Below are positions 1 through 10,860 of a stretch of 64,000 bases of DNA, in pieces. The notes under the pieces are model-generated. The model saw nothing but the letters and a program-made list of their open reading frames with translations, searched no databases and had not been told where the DNA came from. The translations under genes and the position numbers were made by a program. How positions within the stretch are numbered: position 1 is the first letter of the stretch; each line of letters opens with the position of its first letter. Origin of the DNA: Patescibacteria group bacterium (GTDB taxonomy: Bacteria; Patescibacteriota; Minisyncoccia; Phycocordibacterales; UBA9973); contig JBBTUV010000003.1 in the NCBI GenBank assembly GCA_038063535.1, positions 83,179-147,178 on the forward strand, given 5' to 3'.

Positions 1-1644
1 GCAGTCCGCATGCAGATCCCAATCGGCCTTGAAGAAAAGTTCGAAGGCGTTGTCGACCTCTTGCGCATGAAGGCCTATTACTTTGAGGGCGAGATGGGCA
101 ATCAAGTGGTAGAGAAAGAAATTCCGGCGGAGCTCAAAATCGATGCAGATAAATATCACCATGAATTGGTGGAGAAAATTGTCGAGACTGATGATATGCT
201 CATGACCGAATATCTCGAAGGCATGGTTCCAAATATTGAAACCTTGAAAAAGACCCTTCGAAAGGCAGTTATCGCCAACATTATTTTCCCTGTCTACACC
301 GGCTCGGCGCTCAAGAACAAAGGTGTGCAACTCGTACTCGATGCGGTAGTAGACTACTTGCCATCACCGATCGATATTCCCGCGATTAAGGGAATTAATC
401 CTGATACAGAAGAACACATAGAGAAACATGCTTCGGATGCTGAACCTTTTGCCGCGCTTGCATTCAAAGTCGCAACTGACCCTTTCGTGGGACAGCTCAT
501 TTTCTTCCGCGTCTATTCGGGAACGCTTGCCGCTGGTAGTTATATTTACAATCCGCGCACCCGCAACAAAGAACGAATTGGCCGCATTCTGCGCATGCAT
601 GCCAACGATCGCGAAGAAGTGAAGAAAGTTTTTGCCGGAGAGATCGCCGCGGCGGTGGGGCTCAAGGACACCATCACCTCCGACACACTTTGTGACGAAA
701 ATAATCCCGTTGAGCTTGACCGAATTGTTTTCCCAGAGCCGGTGATATCGCTTCGCATCGAACCCAAGACCAAGGCCGATCAGGAGAAAATGGGCATGGC
801 CCTTAATCGCCTGGCGCAGGAAGATCCGACTTTCCGTGTCTCGACTGACCAGGAAACTGGAGAGACGATTATCGCCGGCATGGGCGAGCTACATCTCGAG
901 ATTATAGTTGACCGGATGAAGCGAGAATTCACGGTGGAGGCTAATGTCGGCAAACCACAGGTCGCCTACCGCGAGACTATTACCGCGCCGGCTGAAGCCG
1001 AAGGCAAATATATCAAGCAGACCGGCGGCCGCGGCAACTACGGACATGTCAGGATCAAGGTAAAGCCGATGGAAGCGCTTTCCAAGGAGGAGCTGGAAGA
1101 CCTACCGAAGAATACAAAGCGCTCGCAAGGTTTTGAATTCGTAAACTCGATCAAAGGGGGAGTAATACCGCTTGAGTACATTCCCGCCTGCGAGAAAGGT
1201 TTCAAAGAAGGGCTCGACCGCGGGGTTGTGGCCGGATTTAAATTGGTGAACATCTCCGTCGATCTCTGGGACGGCTCATACCACGAAGTAGACTCGAATG
1301 AGATGGCTTTCAAGATCGCCGCCTCGATGGCGGTGCAGGACGCTTGTAAGGTCGCAAAGCCGGTAATCTTAGAGCCGATGATGAAAGTGGAAGTGGTGAC
1401 GCCGGATAAATTTATGGGCGACATTACGGGGAATCTATCCTCCAAACGCGGCCTCATCGAAGGCATGGAAGACCGCGGCATGAACAAAGTCGTCCGTGCC
1501 ATTGTTCCGCTCTCCGAAATGTTCGGCTACATGACCGGCCTGCGCTCCATGACCGAAGGCCGTGCTTCTTTCAATATGGAATTCGTCCGCTACGACATTG
1601 TCCCAAATAATGTGGCGGAAACCATAATCTCCTCTAGAAAGTAG
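1..1644 (+). CDS. fusA: Elongation factor G, C-terminal ~545 aa (5' partial, continues upstream of window)
   Basis: ORF is in frame from nt 1. EF-G domains II-V are recognisable ([30 protein letters not shown]-terminal FNMEF...). Start lies outside the window. Confidence 0.92.
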   Translation, partial: AVRMQIPIGLEEKFEGVVDLLRMKAYYFEGEMGNQVVEKEIPAELKIDADKYHHELVEKIVETDDMLMTEYLEGMVPNIETLKKTLRKAVIANIIFPVYTGSALKNKGVQLVLDAVVDYLPSPIDIPAIKGINPDTEEHIEKHASDAEPFAALAFKVATDPFVGQLIFFRVYSGTLAAGSYIYNPRTRNKERIGRILRMHANDREEVKKVFAGEIAAAVGLKDTITSDTLCDENNPVELDRIVFPEPVISLRIEPKTKADQEKMGMALNRLAQEDPTFRVSTDQETGETIIAGMGELHLEIIVDRMKREFTVEANVGKPQVAYRETITAPAEAEGKYIKQTGGRGNYGHVRIKVKPMEALSKEELEDLPKNTKRSQGFEFVNSIKGGVIPLEYIPACEKGFKEGLDRGVVAGFKLVNISVDLWDGSYHEVDSNEMAFKIAASMAVQDACKVAKPVILEPMMKVEVVTPDKFMGDITGNLSSKRGLIEGMEDRGMNKVVRAIVPLSEMFGYMTGLRSMTEGRASFNMEFVRYDIVPNNVAETIISSRK

Positions 1645-1700
1645 GCGACGAGTTTTCCACACTTGCATCATTTCAAAAAGGTGATACCATTCCACCTAAT

Positions 1701-2930
1701 GTGCCAACGATTGAAGGTAACCTAGTAACAACTCAAAAGGTATTCCGCGGAAGGGTAGAAATCGATCAGAGCGGAACCATCTCGAAAATCGGCGTCCCGA
1801 GCGGGGACGCCGATTTTGTTTTTGGTGAGGAGCTCATTTTTCCCGGATTCGTCGATTTGCACGTCCATGCCCGCGAGTGCGCCGACCATTCTCAGGACTA
1901 TAAAGAAGATTTCCAGAGCGCCGGAGCTGCCGCGATAGCGGGAGGCGTGACTGCTTTTGCGGACATGCCCAACAACCCAACTCCGCCTGTAGATGATGCG
2001 AGCTATAAAACCAAAGCCAAACTTGCCGAAAAATCGTCCGTTCCGGTTCTCTGCTATGCCGGCATTGGAGCAAACACGCAACCCCTAAAGAAAAAAGTTC
2101 CTTATAAGGTTTTCATGGGGCCCTCCGTCGGAGAGCTTTTTTTTAATTCTGACGAAGAGCTCGAGAGAAGAGTTATGCTCTACACTGGGCAAAGCGTAAG
2201 TTTCCACTGCGAGGATCCCGAGATAATTCATGAGAAATCTCACGAGATAACTCATGAGGCGCGCCGACCCAAAGAAGCAGAAGTAGTGGCAGTGGCTTTC
2301 GCACTCGAACTTATAAAAAAATACAAATTGAAGGGTAAAATTTGCCATTGTTCGACCATCGAAGGAATCAGAAAAATTGCCGAAGCCAGGCGCTGGGGCA
2401 TGAACGTTTCTGTTGAAGTCACTCCGCACCATCTCTTCTTCGATGAGACTATATTAAATGAAAAAAACCGTAAGATGTTCCAAGTAAATCCGCCCATCAG
2501 GCAGACTAAGGAGAACAGGCTAGCGATGATCGAAGTACTCCGGGCCGGGGATATAGATTATCTTGCCACCGACCACGCCCCTCATACCCTTGAAGAAAAA
2601 GAAAAAGGTACTTCTGGACTTCCCCACCTTGATACTTACGGTTCTTTCACCACTTGGCTCATGGCCGAGCACAATTTCACACCGGAAGACATTGCTCGAG
2701 TTTCCTCCCGCAATCCAGGAGGATTTTTTAACGAGTTTTCGGAAGAGAAGTGTGGGGAAATAAAAGAGGGCTATACAGGTTCGCTAACCGTCATAAATTT
2801 GAATAAGAAGTTAAAAGTTGAAAAAGAAAAGTTAAAGACCAAGTGCGGCTGGTCGCCGTTTGAAGGAGTGACTTTCCCCGGGAGCGTAGTTATGACTGTG
2901 GTCGGGGGTAAAATTTATGCAAAAAGCTAG
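1701..2930 (+). CDS. pyrC: Dihydroorotase (cyclic amidohydrolase family); GTG start
   Basis: Metal-binding motif DLHVHARE and a later DHAPH, amidohydrolase fold. Position immediately upstream of carA/carB/pyrB supports pyrC rather than another amidohydrolase. Confidence 0.7.
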   Translation: MPTIEGNLVTTQKVFRGRVEIDQSGTISKIGVPSGDADFVFGEELIFPGFVDLHVHARECADHSQDYKEDFQSAGAAAIAGGVTAFADMPNNPTPPVDDASYKTKAKLAEKSSVPVLCYAGIGANTQPLKKKVPYKVFMGPSVGELFFNSDEELERRVMLYTGQSVSFHCEDPEIIHEKSHEITHEARRPKEAEVVAVAFALELIKKYKLKGKICHCSTIEGIRKIAEARRWGMNVSVEVTPHHLFFDETILNEKNRKMFQVNPPIRQTKENRLAMIEVLRAGDIDYLATDHAPHTLEEKEKGTSGLPHLDTYGSFTTWLMAEHNFTPEDIARVSSRNPGGFFNEFSEEKCGEIKEGYTGSLTVINLNKKLKVEKEKLKTKCGWSPFEGVTFPGSVVMTVVGGKIYAKS

Positions 2931-3963
2931 ACTAACACTTAAAGACGGGAGTTCATACGAGGGCATAAGCTTCGGGGCGAGTAGATCCATGGCTGGTGAG
3001 GTAGTCTTTGCAACCGGCATGGTCGGCTACCCGGAGGCGCTCACTGACCCCTCTTTCGCTGGACAGATTTTAGTCCTCACGTATCCCTTGGTCGGGAATT
3101 ACGGCGTGCCGGATGAAAAATTTTGGGAATCGGAGAAAATCCAGGTGGCAGGATTGGTAGTCTCTAATTATATAGATACTCCTTCGCACTGGCAGAGTAA
3201 AATGACTCTGGCCAAATGGTTCCAGAGCGAGAACCTGCCGCTCCTTGAGATCAAAGACACTCGCGGACTCACGCAAAAACTGCGAAGCCAGGGCGTGATG
3301 CTCGGGAAGATCGAGACTGGAAAAAAAATAAACTTTGAAGACCCGAATAAGAGAAACCTGGTCGCGGAAGTTTCGAGGAGAGAAGTTACTCAAGCCGGCG
3401 CAGGTAAAACGACCGTAATTCTCGTTGACTGCGGAGCAAAACGAAATATAGAAAGGAGGCTTGAAGAACGAGGCCTTCGAGTTGTAACGGTGCCTTGGGA
3501 TACCGATCTTGAAAAATTAGATTTCTCGTATAAAGCGGTAGTAATTTCAAACGGTCCCGGTGATCCGAAGATGGCGAGACGCACCGTCGCCAACGTTAAG
3601 AAAATTATGGGCAAAGTTCCGATTCTGGGTATATGTCTGGGCAACCAGATACTTGCGCTTGCTGCCGGCGGGAGCACTTACAAACTCAAATTCGGTCACC
3701 GGAGCCAAAACCAACCAGTCGTCCTCTCCGGCTCGAAGAAATGTTACTTAACGACGCAGAATCACGGTTTTGCTGTCGGGAAAATTCCGCGCAGTTTTCG
3801 TGAATGGTTTCGAAATGCCAATGACGGTACGAACGAGGGGGTTATCCACGAACGTCTGCCCATAATGTCCGTTCAGTTTCATCCGGAATCGTCGCCCGGG
3901 CCGCTCGACACCGACTGGATATTCGATTATTTCCTTAAGCGCGCCAAAATACAAAAGAAATGA
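2917..3963 (+). CDS. carA: Carbamoyl-phosphate synthase small (glutamine amidotransferase) subunit
   Basis: N-terminal CPSase small-chain motif GMVGYPEALTDPSFAGQILV. GATase active site GICLGNQILA and HGF/HPE motifs. Overlaps carB start (ATGA). Confidence 0.9.
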   Translation: MQKARLTLKDGSSYEGISFGASRSMAGEVVFATGMVGYPEALTDPSFAGQILVLTYPLVGNYGVPDEKFWESEKIQVAGLVVSNYIDTPSHWQSKMTLAKWFQSENLPLLEIKDTRGLTQKLRSQGVMLGKIETGKKINFEDPNKRNLVAEVSRREVTQAGAGKTTVILVDCGAKRNIERRLEERGLRVVTVPWDTDLEKLDFSYKAVVISNGPGDPKMARRTVANVKKIMGKVPILGICLGNQILALAAGGSTYKLKFGHRSQNQPVVLSGSKKCYLTTQNHGFAVGKIPRSFREWFRNANDGTNEGVIHERLPIMSVQFHPESSPGPLDTDWIFDYFLKRAKIQKK

Positions 3964-6900
3964 GCAAGTACAAAAAAATTTTGGTTCTAGGCTCTGGCGC
4001 GCTCAAGATCGGAGAAGCCGGCGAGTTCGATTACTCGGGGAGCCAGTGCGTGAAGGCACTTAGAGAAGAAGGAATAAAAGTTGTGCTCGTAAATCCGAAC
4101 ATCGCCACTTACCAGACCTCAAAAGGCCTTGCGGATGAAGTTTACTTCTTGCCGGTGAGTTATTATTTTGTCAAAAGAGTCATTATAAAAGAACGACCGG
4201 ATGCCATCATGCTCTCCTTCGGCGGGCAGACGGCGCTCAACTGCGGGCTTGAGCTCGAGGAGCGCGGGATTTTGAAAAAATACAGTGTCGAGGTTCTAGG
4301 CTCACCGACTTCCGCTATTCGCTTGACCGAGGACCGCGAACTTTTCGCAAGGCACCTAAAAAAGATCGGTCTTCCTATTCCACCCTCCGGTTCTGCGACG
4401 ACATATCACCGAGCAAAAAAAGTAGCAAAGAAAATCGGCTACCCTCTCATGATTAGGGCGGCATATGCCTTGGGGGGACAGAAGTCAGGCGTCGCCGAGA
4501 ACGATGCGGAATTCAAAGAGATAGTCGCGGGGGCCCTCGCTATCTCGCCGCAAATCCTCATCGAGAAATATCTTCACCACTATAAAGAAGTCGAGTACGA
4601 AGTGGTGCGGGACAGGTTCGGCAATATTGTCACCGTCTGCAATATGGAAAATCTCGATCCGCTCGGGATCCACACCGGCGACTCGATCGTGATCGCTCCT
4701 TCTCAGACGCTCACCAACCGCGAATATCACGGCCTGCGCGAAGCCAGCCGAAAAATTGTCGAGAGTTTGGGCATTGTGGGGGAATGTAATGTGCAGTATG
4801 CACTCAACCCGCGCCCAAAGAAGGATGAGCTCGAATATTACGTCATTGAGGTAAACGCTCGGCTCTCGCGCTCCTCGGCGCTCGCCTCGAAGGCGACCGG
4901 TTATCCGCTCGCTTACGTTGCCGCCAAGCTTGCTCTCGGAAAAAGCATGCTTGAAGTAAAAAATAAGATCACTGAAGTCACCCAAAGCTTTTTCGAACCG
5001 GCGCTCGACTATGTCACGGTCAAAATACCGCGCTGGGATCTTGAGAAATTCAGGGGGGCAGAAGAGAAGATAGGAAGCGCGATGAAATCAGTGGGGGAAG
5101 TGATGGCAATCGGTAGAACTTTCGAAGAAGCGCTTGAAAAGGCGGTCCGCATGCAAGGCGGGCAAGGTGAGAGTGTCACCTCAAATGGTTTTAAGGATAG
5201 AGGAGAAATAAAAAAATTCCTGTCCTTCCCGAGTCCGAAGAGAATCTTTGCTGTTGCCGCGAGCCTGGCGGCAGGCGAGAAAATAGAAAAAATTTACAAA
5301 ATGACAGGGATCGATCCGTGGTTTCTCTATCGAATAAAAAATATTGTTGATCTCGAGAGGAGATTTAGGAAAAACCGGAAGCTAGAAAAAGAGGCAATGC
5401 TTGAATTAAAACAAAACGGCTTTTCGGACAAAAAGATAGGAAAAATCATCGGCACTACGGAATTCAAAATTCGCGCCCTTCGCAAAAAGCTCGGCGTTCT
5501 CCCGTCAGTCTTCGCCATTGATACGCTTGCCGGCGAAGTGCCCGCGAAGACGAACTATCTTTATCTCACATACAACGGCGCTCACTCGGACGTTGCCCCG
5601 CTTGGCAAGGATGCGATACTCGTCCTCGGGAGCGGCCCTTATCATATCGGCTCTTCGGTTGAGTTCGACTGGTCGGCGGTGAACGCCGCCCTCGCGCTCA
5701 AACGCCACGGCAAGCGCTCGGTCGTCATTAACTGCAATCCCGAGACTGTCTCGACCGATTACGACATGTCCGACAGGCTATATTTCGAGAATCTTTCCTT
5801 CGAGACGGTGTCCGATATTATGGAGTTCGAGCGAGGCGGAGGCGTCATTATTTCGGTCGGCGGCCAGCGGCCGAATAATCTTGCGAAAAAGCTCGATCGC
5901 GAAGGATTCAATATTCTTGGAACGCGCGCTTCCGACATCGATCGTGCGGAGGACCGTAATCTCTTCTCGGCGCTTTTGGATAAACTTCAGATTGACCAGC
6001 CGAAGTGGAGAAGTTTTACTCATATGAAAGACGCGTTAAAATTTTCCATTGAAGTCGGTTTCCCGGTACTTGTGCGGCCGTCTTATGTTCTCTCCGGCGC
6101 CGCCATGAGCGTCTGCTATAACCGGCGGGAACTAGAGGAATTTGTGAGCAAAGCGGCAGTACTTTCTCCGGAATACCCGGTGACTATCTCCAAATATATC
6201 GAAAACGCCAAGGAGCTTGAATTTGACGCGGTCGCCGAAGAGGGCGAACTGATAATTTATGGAATCTCCGAACACGTAGAGAATGCCGGGGTCCACTCGG
6301 GAGATGCAACGATAGTTTTTCCGACTCAAAGAGTTTACGCTTCGACCGAGCGGCAGCTTCGCGAAATCGCAAAGTTAATTTCCAAAGAGTTAAACATTAC
6401 CGGCCCCTTCAATATACAATTTTTAGTCAAAGACAACCGGCCGTATGTGATCGAAGTGAACCTCCGGGCGAGCCGCACCTTCCCGCTCCTCTCCAAGGCT
6501 ATGGATGCTAATTTCCCGAGCATAGCGGTGGATGCGTTCTTTGGACGCGCGGAACGGAAGAAATACAAACTTCCGAGCTCGGTCGTTGTGAAGTCCCCGC
6601 AGTTTTCGTTCTCCAGGCTTTTGGGCGCCGACCCGGTGCTTCGCGTTGAGATGGCCTCGACCGGCGAAGTGGCGGCTTTTGGGCACGATTACGATGAGGC
6701 GCTCTTGAAGGCGGTGCTTTCTTCCAACAGATTTTACTTCAACAACAAATCGGTTCTGCTCTCGCTCGGCGGTACGGTCAATAAGGCAAAGTTTCTCGAA
6801 GCGGCGAAAATTCTCCGCTCACTCGGTTACAAGATCTTCGCGACTGACACAACAGCAAAATACTTGGATGAGCAGGGTATACAATGCAAAATGGTCCGGA

Positions 6901-7172
6901 AGGCTTATGAAGAATCACCAAACGCGCTGGATATTGTTAGCAAGAAGAAAGTGGGTTTTGTGGTAAATTTAAGTAAGGATGAAACCGAAAGGGCTACTGG
7001 TGGGGCCAAGCGGCGGATTACCGATGGCTTCCGCATACGCCGAGCGACTGTCGACAATCAGATACCGCTCTTCACCGATCTGCACCTCGCGCGGGCTTTC
7101 ATCAAAGCCCTCGGCCGCTACAACATCAAGGATTTGGAAATTAAATCTTATAAAGAATATTTAGATGCCTAA
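3960..7172 (+). CDS. carB: Carbamoyl-phosphate synthase large subunit
   Basis: 1070 aa with duplicated ATP-grasp halves (two copies of ...EVNARLSRSSALASKATGYPLA-like / ...EVNLRASRTFPLLSKA... motifs) and a C-terminal MGS-like domain. Confidence 0.95.
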   Translation: MSKYKKILVLGSGALKIGEAGEFDYSGSQCVKALREEGIKVVLVNPNIATYQTSKGLADEVYFLPVSYYFVKRVIIKERPDAIMLSFGGQTALNCGLELEERGILKKYSVEVLGSPTSAIRLTEDRELFARHLKKIGLPIPPSGSATTYHRAKKVAKKIGYPLMIRAAYALGGQKSGVAENDAEFKEIVAGALAISPQILIEKYLHHYKEVEYEVVRDRFGNIVTVCNMENLDPLGIHTGDSIVIAPSQTLTNREYHGLREASRKIVESLGIVGECNVQYALNPRPKKDELEYYVIEVNARLSRSSALASKATGYPLAYVAAKLALGKSMLEVKNKITEVTQSFFEPALDYVTVKIPRWDLEKFRGAEEKIGSAMKSVGEVMAIGRTFEEALEKAVRMQGGQGESVTSNGFKDRGEIKKFLSFPSPKRIFAVAASLAAGEKIEKIYKMTGIDPWFLYRIKNIVDLERRFRKNRKLEKEAMLELKQNGFSDKKIGKIIGTTEFKIRALRKKLGVLPSVFAIDTLAGEVPAKTNYLYLTYNGAHSDVAPLGKDAILVLGSGPYHIGSSVEFDWSAVNAALALKRHGKRSVVINCNPETVSTDYDMSDRLYFENLSFETVSDIMEFERGGGVIISVGGQRPNNLAKKLDREGFNILGTRASDIDRAEDRNLFSALLDKLQIDQPKWRSFTHMKDALKFSIEVGFPVLVRPSYVLSGAAMSVCYNRRELEEFVSKAAVLSPEYPVTISKYIENAKELEFDAVAEEGELIIYGISEHVENAGVHSGDATIVFPTQRVYASTERQLREIAKLISKELNITGPFNIQFLVKDNRPYVIEVNLRASRTFPLLSKAMDANFPSIAVDAFFGRAERKKYKLPSSVVVKSPQFSFSRLLGADPVLRVEMASTGEVAAFGHDYDEALLKAVLSSNRFYFNNKSVLLSLGGTVNKAKFLEAAKILRSLGYKIFATDTTAKYLDEQGIQCKMVRKAYEESPNALDIVSKKKVGFVVNLSKDETERATGGAKRRITDGFRIRRATVDNQIPLFTDLHLARAFIKALGRYNIKDLEIKSYKEYLDA

Positions 7173-8085
7173 TTTAGTTTCGACCAAAGAATTGAGCCAG
7201 AAAGGCAGAGATGCTATTTTGGCGCTCGCGGAGAAACTGGAGAGAGAATACAAGAAAGGGAAACTCAAAAAGTACCTTGAGGACAAGGTGATCGCCTGCA
7301 TATTCTTCGAGCCCTCCACGCGTACGCGATTATCCTTCGAATCGGCGGCCAAAAGATTGGGCGCGCAAGTTATCTCCACCGAGAACGCAGAGTCGAATTC
7401 CTCCGCATTCAAAGGCGAAAGCATCGAAGACACCGCCCGCATGCTCTCGATCTATGCCGATGCGATCGTCATGCGGCACCGCCAAGCAGGGGCAGCGCAC
7501 GCCGCCGCCGAGGTTTCGGAGAGGCCCATCGTGAATGCCGGCGACGGGGCCAACGAACACCCGACTCAAGCGCTTCAGGATGTATACACGATAAAGAGCC
7601 TCCTGGGGCGGCTTGAGAATTTAAATATCGCTTATGCTGGGGATCTCCTCTATTCGCGGCCGCTCCATTCGATCATGCCGCTATTTTCTACAGAGCAAAA
7701 AAACAATTTCTATTTTATTTCACCGCCGGAATTACGCTTACCTCTAGAATTCAGAAAAGCACTGGAAGGGAGGGGAATTAAATTCACAGAAAGCGAGGAC
7801 TGGCAGAAAATTCTGCCCGAATTCGATGTGCTCTATATGACCCGGGTGCAGAAAGAACGTTTCCCCGATGCCGGGCAATATGAAAAAGTTAAGGACTCGT
7901 TTATTTTAAGATCCGAACATCTGAAAACTATGAAAAAAGATGCGGTCATAATGCACGCGCTTCCGCGAGTGAACGAGATCGAGATTTCGGTCGATACCGA
8001 CCCCCGCGCCGCTTACTTCCGCCAGGCCGAGAACGGCCTCTACGTGCGCATGGCAATATTGCTTTGGTGCTTGGGGATAAAATGA
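7165..8085 (+). CDS. pyrB: Aspartate carbamoyltransferase catalytic subunit
   Basis: Carbamoyl-phosphate binding motif FFEPSTRTRLSFE. Asp/Orn-binding half-domain with HALPR motif. Confidence 0.9.
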   Translation: MPNLVSTKELSQKGRDAILALAEKLEREYKKGKLKKYLEDKVIACIFFEPSTRTRLSFESAAKRLGAQVISTENAESNSSAFKGESIEDTARMLSIYADAIVMRHRQAGAAHAAAEVSERPIVNAGDGANEHPTQALQDVYTIKSLLGRLENLNIAYAGDLLYSRPLHSIMPLFSTEQKNNFYFISPPELRLPLEFRKALEGRGIKFTESEDWQKILPEFDVLYMTRVQKERFPDAGQYEKVKDSFILRSEHLKTMKKDAVIMHALPRVNEIEISVDTDPRAAYFRQAENGLYVRMAILLWCLGIK

Positions 8086-9149
8086 GCAAAATGAACTTGC
8101 CTTTCTACGATCCGACAAAAACCTACGAAGAAAATTATACGGATGGCCCGTTTGGAGTTTTCTCTGACAGGCAAATTTGTGCAACATCGGATGTTGCACA
8201 GAATGATTTTCTCGGAATAAAAGTAAATTCGCTCTTCGGAATACCCGCAGGACCACTAATCAACAGCAATTTCTGTGGGGCGGCATTCGAGAAAGGCTTC
8301 GATATTTGCGTATACAAAACCGTTCGCTCGGGAGTATATCCTTGCCATCCTTTTCCTAATGTCCTTGCAGTGAAAGTGGCGGGTGAGCTTCACTACGGAG
8401 AGAACAAACTCGTTGGGAATACGGACTACACCGAACCGCTCTCGATCACGAATTCTTTCGGCGTGCCTTCAAGAGACCCAAAAATTTGGCAGGAAGACGT
8501 GAAGCGTGCGATCTCTTATGCGCAGAAGGGGCAAGTACTTGTGCTTAGCTTCATGGGGACTGTTCGGGAAGAGCAAACTGAAGAAGAATTTATCGAGGAT
8601 CACAGAAAGGCGGCTAGGCTCGCCAAGGAAACCGGCGCGAAAATTCTTGAAGTCAATTTATCCTGCCCAAATATCGGTAACGAAGGCCTCATCTGCTATG
8701 ACCTAGATATTACGGAGAAAATTTGCGAGGCAATAAGGAAAGAAATCGGAGCGACGTCGCTCATACTCAAAGTAGGTTATTATAAGAGCGAGGAGGATTT
8801 GAAAAATTTAGCTGAAATTGCAGAGAAGTACGCGCAGGCAATCGCGGCCATAAACACGATTCCCGCTGAAATTGTGGATGCGGAAGGTAAGCAGGCATTG
8901 CCGGGACCAAATAGAGTTAAGTCAGGTGTCTGCGGAGCATCGATCAAGTGGGCGGGGATTGAGATGACGCGGAAATTAAAAAAAGTTCGAGATGAAATGA
9001 ACGGTAGTTTTAAAATTATCGGGGTCGGGGGCGTCATGCATGCGGACGATTACTTTGAATATCGCGAAGCCGGCGCGGACTTTGTCATGTCCGCCACCGG
9101 CGCGATGTGGAACCCGTATCTGGCAAAAGAAATTAAAGAGCGATTATGA
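8064..9149 (+). CDS. pyrD: Dihydroorotate dehydrogenase (class 1-like, Cys active site); true start probably internal (MSKMN..., ~8082)
   Basis: TIM-barrel DHOD motifs (NLSCPNIGNEG active-site loop, GIKVNSLFGIPAGP). Position within the pyr operon. Confidence 0.7.
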   Translation: MVLGDKMSKMNLPFYDPTKTYEENYTDGPFGVFSDRQICATSDVAQNDFLGIKVNSLFGIPAGPLINSNFCGAAFEKGFDICVYKTVRSGVYPCHPFPNVLAVKVAGELHYGENKLVGNTDYTEPLSITNSFGVPSRDPKIWQEDVKRAISYAQKGQVLVLSFMGTVREEQTEEEFIEDHRKAARLAKETGAKILEVNLSCPNIGNEGLICYDLDITEKICEAIRKEIGATSLILKVGYYKSEEDLKNLAEIAEKYAQAIAAINTIPAEIVDAEGKQALPGPNRVKSGVCGASIKWAGIEMTRKLKKVRDEMNGSFKIIGVGGVMHADDYFEYREAGADFVMSATGAMWNPYLAKEIKERL

Positions 9150-9769
9150 GTGAAGTTATTGGGATATTAAAAAAAGTAGGTGCGATAATTACTGATAGCC
9201 ATTTTGTAGGAACTTCAGGTCTTCATTTTGATACGTATATAAATAAGGATGCTCTCTTGCCCCATACTGAAGAAGTGTCGAGGATTTGCCAAATTTTTGC
9301 TGAAAAATACAAAGACGATAATATAGAAGTTGTAGTTTCCCCTGCAGTTGCTGGGATTCCATTTTCCCAATGGACGGCCTACCATTTAACCAAGATTTGT
9401 AAAAAAGAAATTCTAAGCGTGTTTACGGAAAAAACTCCAGAAAACGACCAAATATTTAAACGTGGCTACGAAGAATATGTAAAAGAAAAAAGAGTGCTAA
9501 TCCTAGAAGATTCCACGCAAACGGGAGGATCAGTAATGAAAGTTGTTAAGTCGGTAAAGCAGGCTGGAGGTAAAGTCATCGGCGTATGTGTAATAGTAAA
9601 CAAGGATGCCGAAAAGATTAATGCGAAATCTTTGGGAGTAGCTTTTGATTCTCTGGCCGAACTTCCCGTTCAAACTTACCGGGGGAAAGACTGCCCGCTT
9701 TGCAAAAAGGGTATTCCGATCAATACCGTGGTTGGCCACGGCAAGAAATTTTTGGAAAAGAAAAAATGA
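9146..9769 (+). CDS. pyrE: Orotate phosphoribosyltransferase
   Basis: PRPP-binding motif VLILEDSTQTGGS, type I PRTase fold. 4-nt overlaps with both neighbours. Confidence 0.8.
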   Translation: MSEVIGILKKVGAIITDSHFVGTSGLHFDTYINKDALLPHTEEVSRICQIFAEKYKDDNIEVVVSPAVAGIPFSQWTAYHLTKICKKEILSVFTEKTPENDQIFKRGYEEYVKEKRVLILEDSTQTGGSVMKVVKSVKQAGGKVIGVCVIVNKDAEKINAKSLGVAFDSLAELPVQTYRGKDCPLCKKGIPINTVVGHGKKFLEKKK

Positions 9770-10443
9770 ATAAAATAATTCTTGCGCTGGATGAAATAAA
9801 AGATTTAGACGAGGCGGTTACCCTTGTTAAAGATGTGGGGCACTTATTTTATGCAGTTAAAATCCATAACCTATATGACCGATTTGGCCCGGAAGCCGTT
9901 CGCAAACTCAAAGAAGCCGGAGCAGAAAAGGTCTGGGTGGATTTTAAACTCTACGATATCTCCAATACCGTGCGGCTGCGAGCCCGCGACATAGAAGCCG
10001 ACATCATTTCTGTCCATGCGTCTGGCGGAGTAAAGATGATGCGGGAAGCAGTCGCTTCCGGCAAAGAAATTTTTGTCATCACCATTCTTACTTCTTTTTC
10101 TCCTCTCGAAGTTAAGCAAATTTACAATAAAGGGGTTGATGAAGCGGTTTTGGTTTTGGCGAGACTCGCCCAAGAGGCCGGAGTTTCTGGCATCGTTTGT
10201 TCCCCAAAAGAAATTAAAATGATTAGAAATAATCCGGAGTTCAAAAATTTAAAAATTATAGTTCCCGGTACTCGCTCTCTGGGTGTCAACGCCAATGATC
10301 AAATGAGAGTCAGTACGCCCGAGGAAGCAATTCACGACGGCGCGGACTACCTAGTAATAGGGCGACAAATTACCCAGGCCGCCGACCCCCACGCCGAAGC
10401 CCAAAAACTCTGCGAAGAAATCAAGAAGTACAAAAATATTTGA
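9766..10443 (+). CDS. pyrF: Orotidine-5'-phosphate decarboxylase
   Basis: KIILALD...VKIH...DFKLYDISNTV motifs (OMPdecase Asp-Lys-Asp). ATG at 9766 overlaps the pyrE stop (ATGA). The ORF-track start at 9700 is an upstream extension. Confidence 0.85.
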   Translation: MNKIILALDEIKDLDEAVTLVKDVGHLFYAVKIHNLYDRFGPEAVRKLKEAGAEKVWVDFKLYDISNTVRLRARDIEADIISVHASGGVKMMREAVASGKEIFVITILTSFSPLEVKQIYNKGVDEAVLVLARLAQEAGVSGIVCSPKEIKMIRNNPEFKNLKIIVPGTRSLGVNANDQMRVSTPEEAIHDGADYLVIGRQITQAADPHAEAQKLCEEIKKYKNI

Positions 10444-10455
10444 TATAATATAAAT

Positions 10456-10803
10456 ATGCCAGAACCAAAACCACCACAACCAGGAGAGCGCAACCAAGAA
10501 GGTCCCTTGCCTTTTTCTGTTAAGAATCAAAAAATGAAAGATGCGTTTTCAGCTGTACAGAGTCGTGTAAATAACGGCCCTTATGATCAATTGGAAAATT
10601 TTATGACAGAAATAACTTTACGTGTTGAATACTTAAGGAAAAAATATCCCGATTGGCAAAAACGTGCAGTAGTGCACATTATATCCAGCAGTACCATGGA
10701 TCCCAACTCTGAGGTGACAGAGGAAGACTTTTTGGGAGAAGATTCCGTTGAAGCCTTTATAACTAGTTTACAAAATAAGTATGGTGGTAATCTGTCAATT
10801 TGA
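10456..10803 (+). CDS. Hypothetical protein, 115 aa, AT-rich codon usage (possible orphan or horizontally acquired gene)
   Basis: Intact ORF in an AT-rich (~40% GC) segment between pyrF and tuf. No recognisable motif. Followed by a hairpin terminator. Confidence 0.45.
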   Translation: MPEPKPPQPGERNQEGPLPFSVKNQKMKDAFSAVQSRVNNGPYDQLENFMTEITLRVEYLRKKYPDWQKRAVVHIISSSTMDPNSEVTEEDFLGEDSVEAFITSLQNKYGGNLSI

Positions 10804-10833
10804 CAAAGGCTGTTAATTTGTTAGTATGTAAAT

Positions 10834-10860
10834 AACTGCACTTTCGCAGTTTTTCTATTG
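10834..10860 (+). terminator. Putative rho-independent terminator (AACTGC-ACTTTC-GCAGTT followed by T-rich run)
   Basis: 6-bp perfect stem, 6-nt loop, TTTTTCTATTGCTTTTTTT downstream. Seen directly in sequence. Confidence 0.5.
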
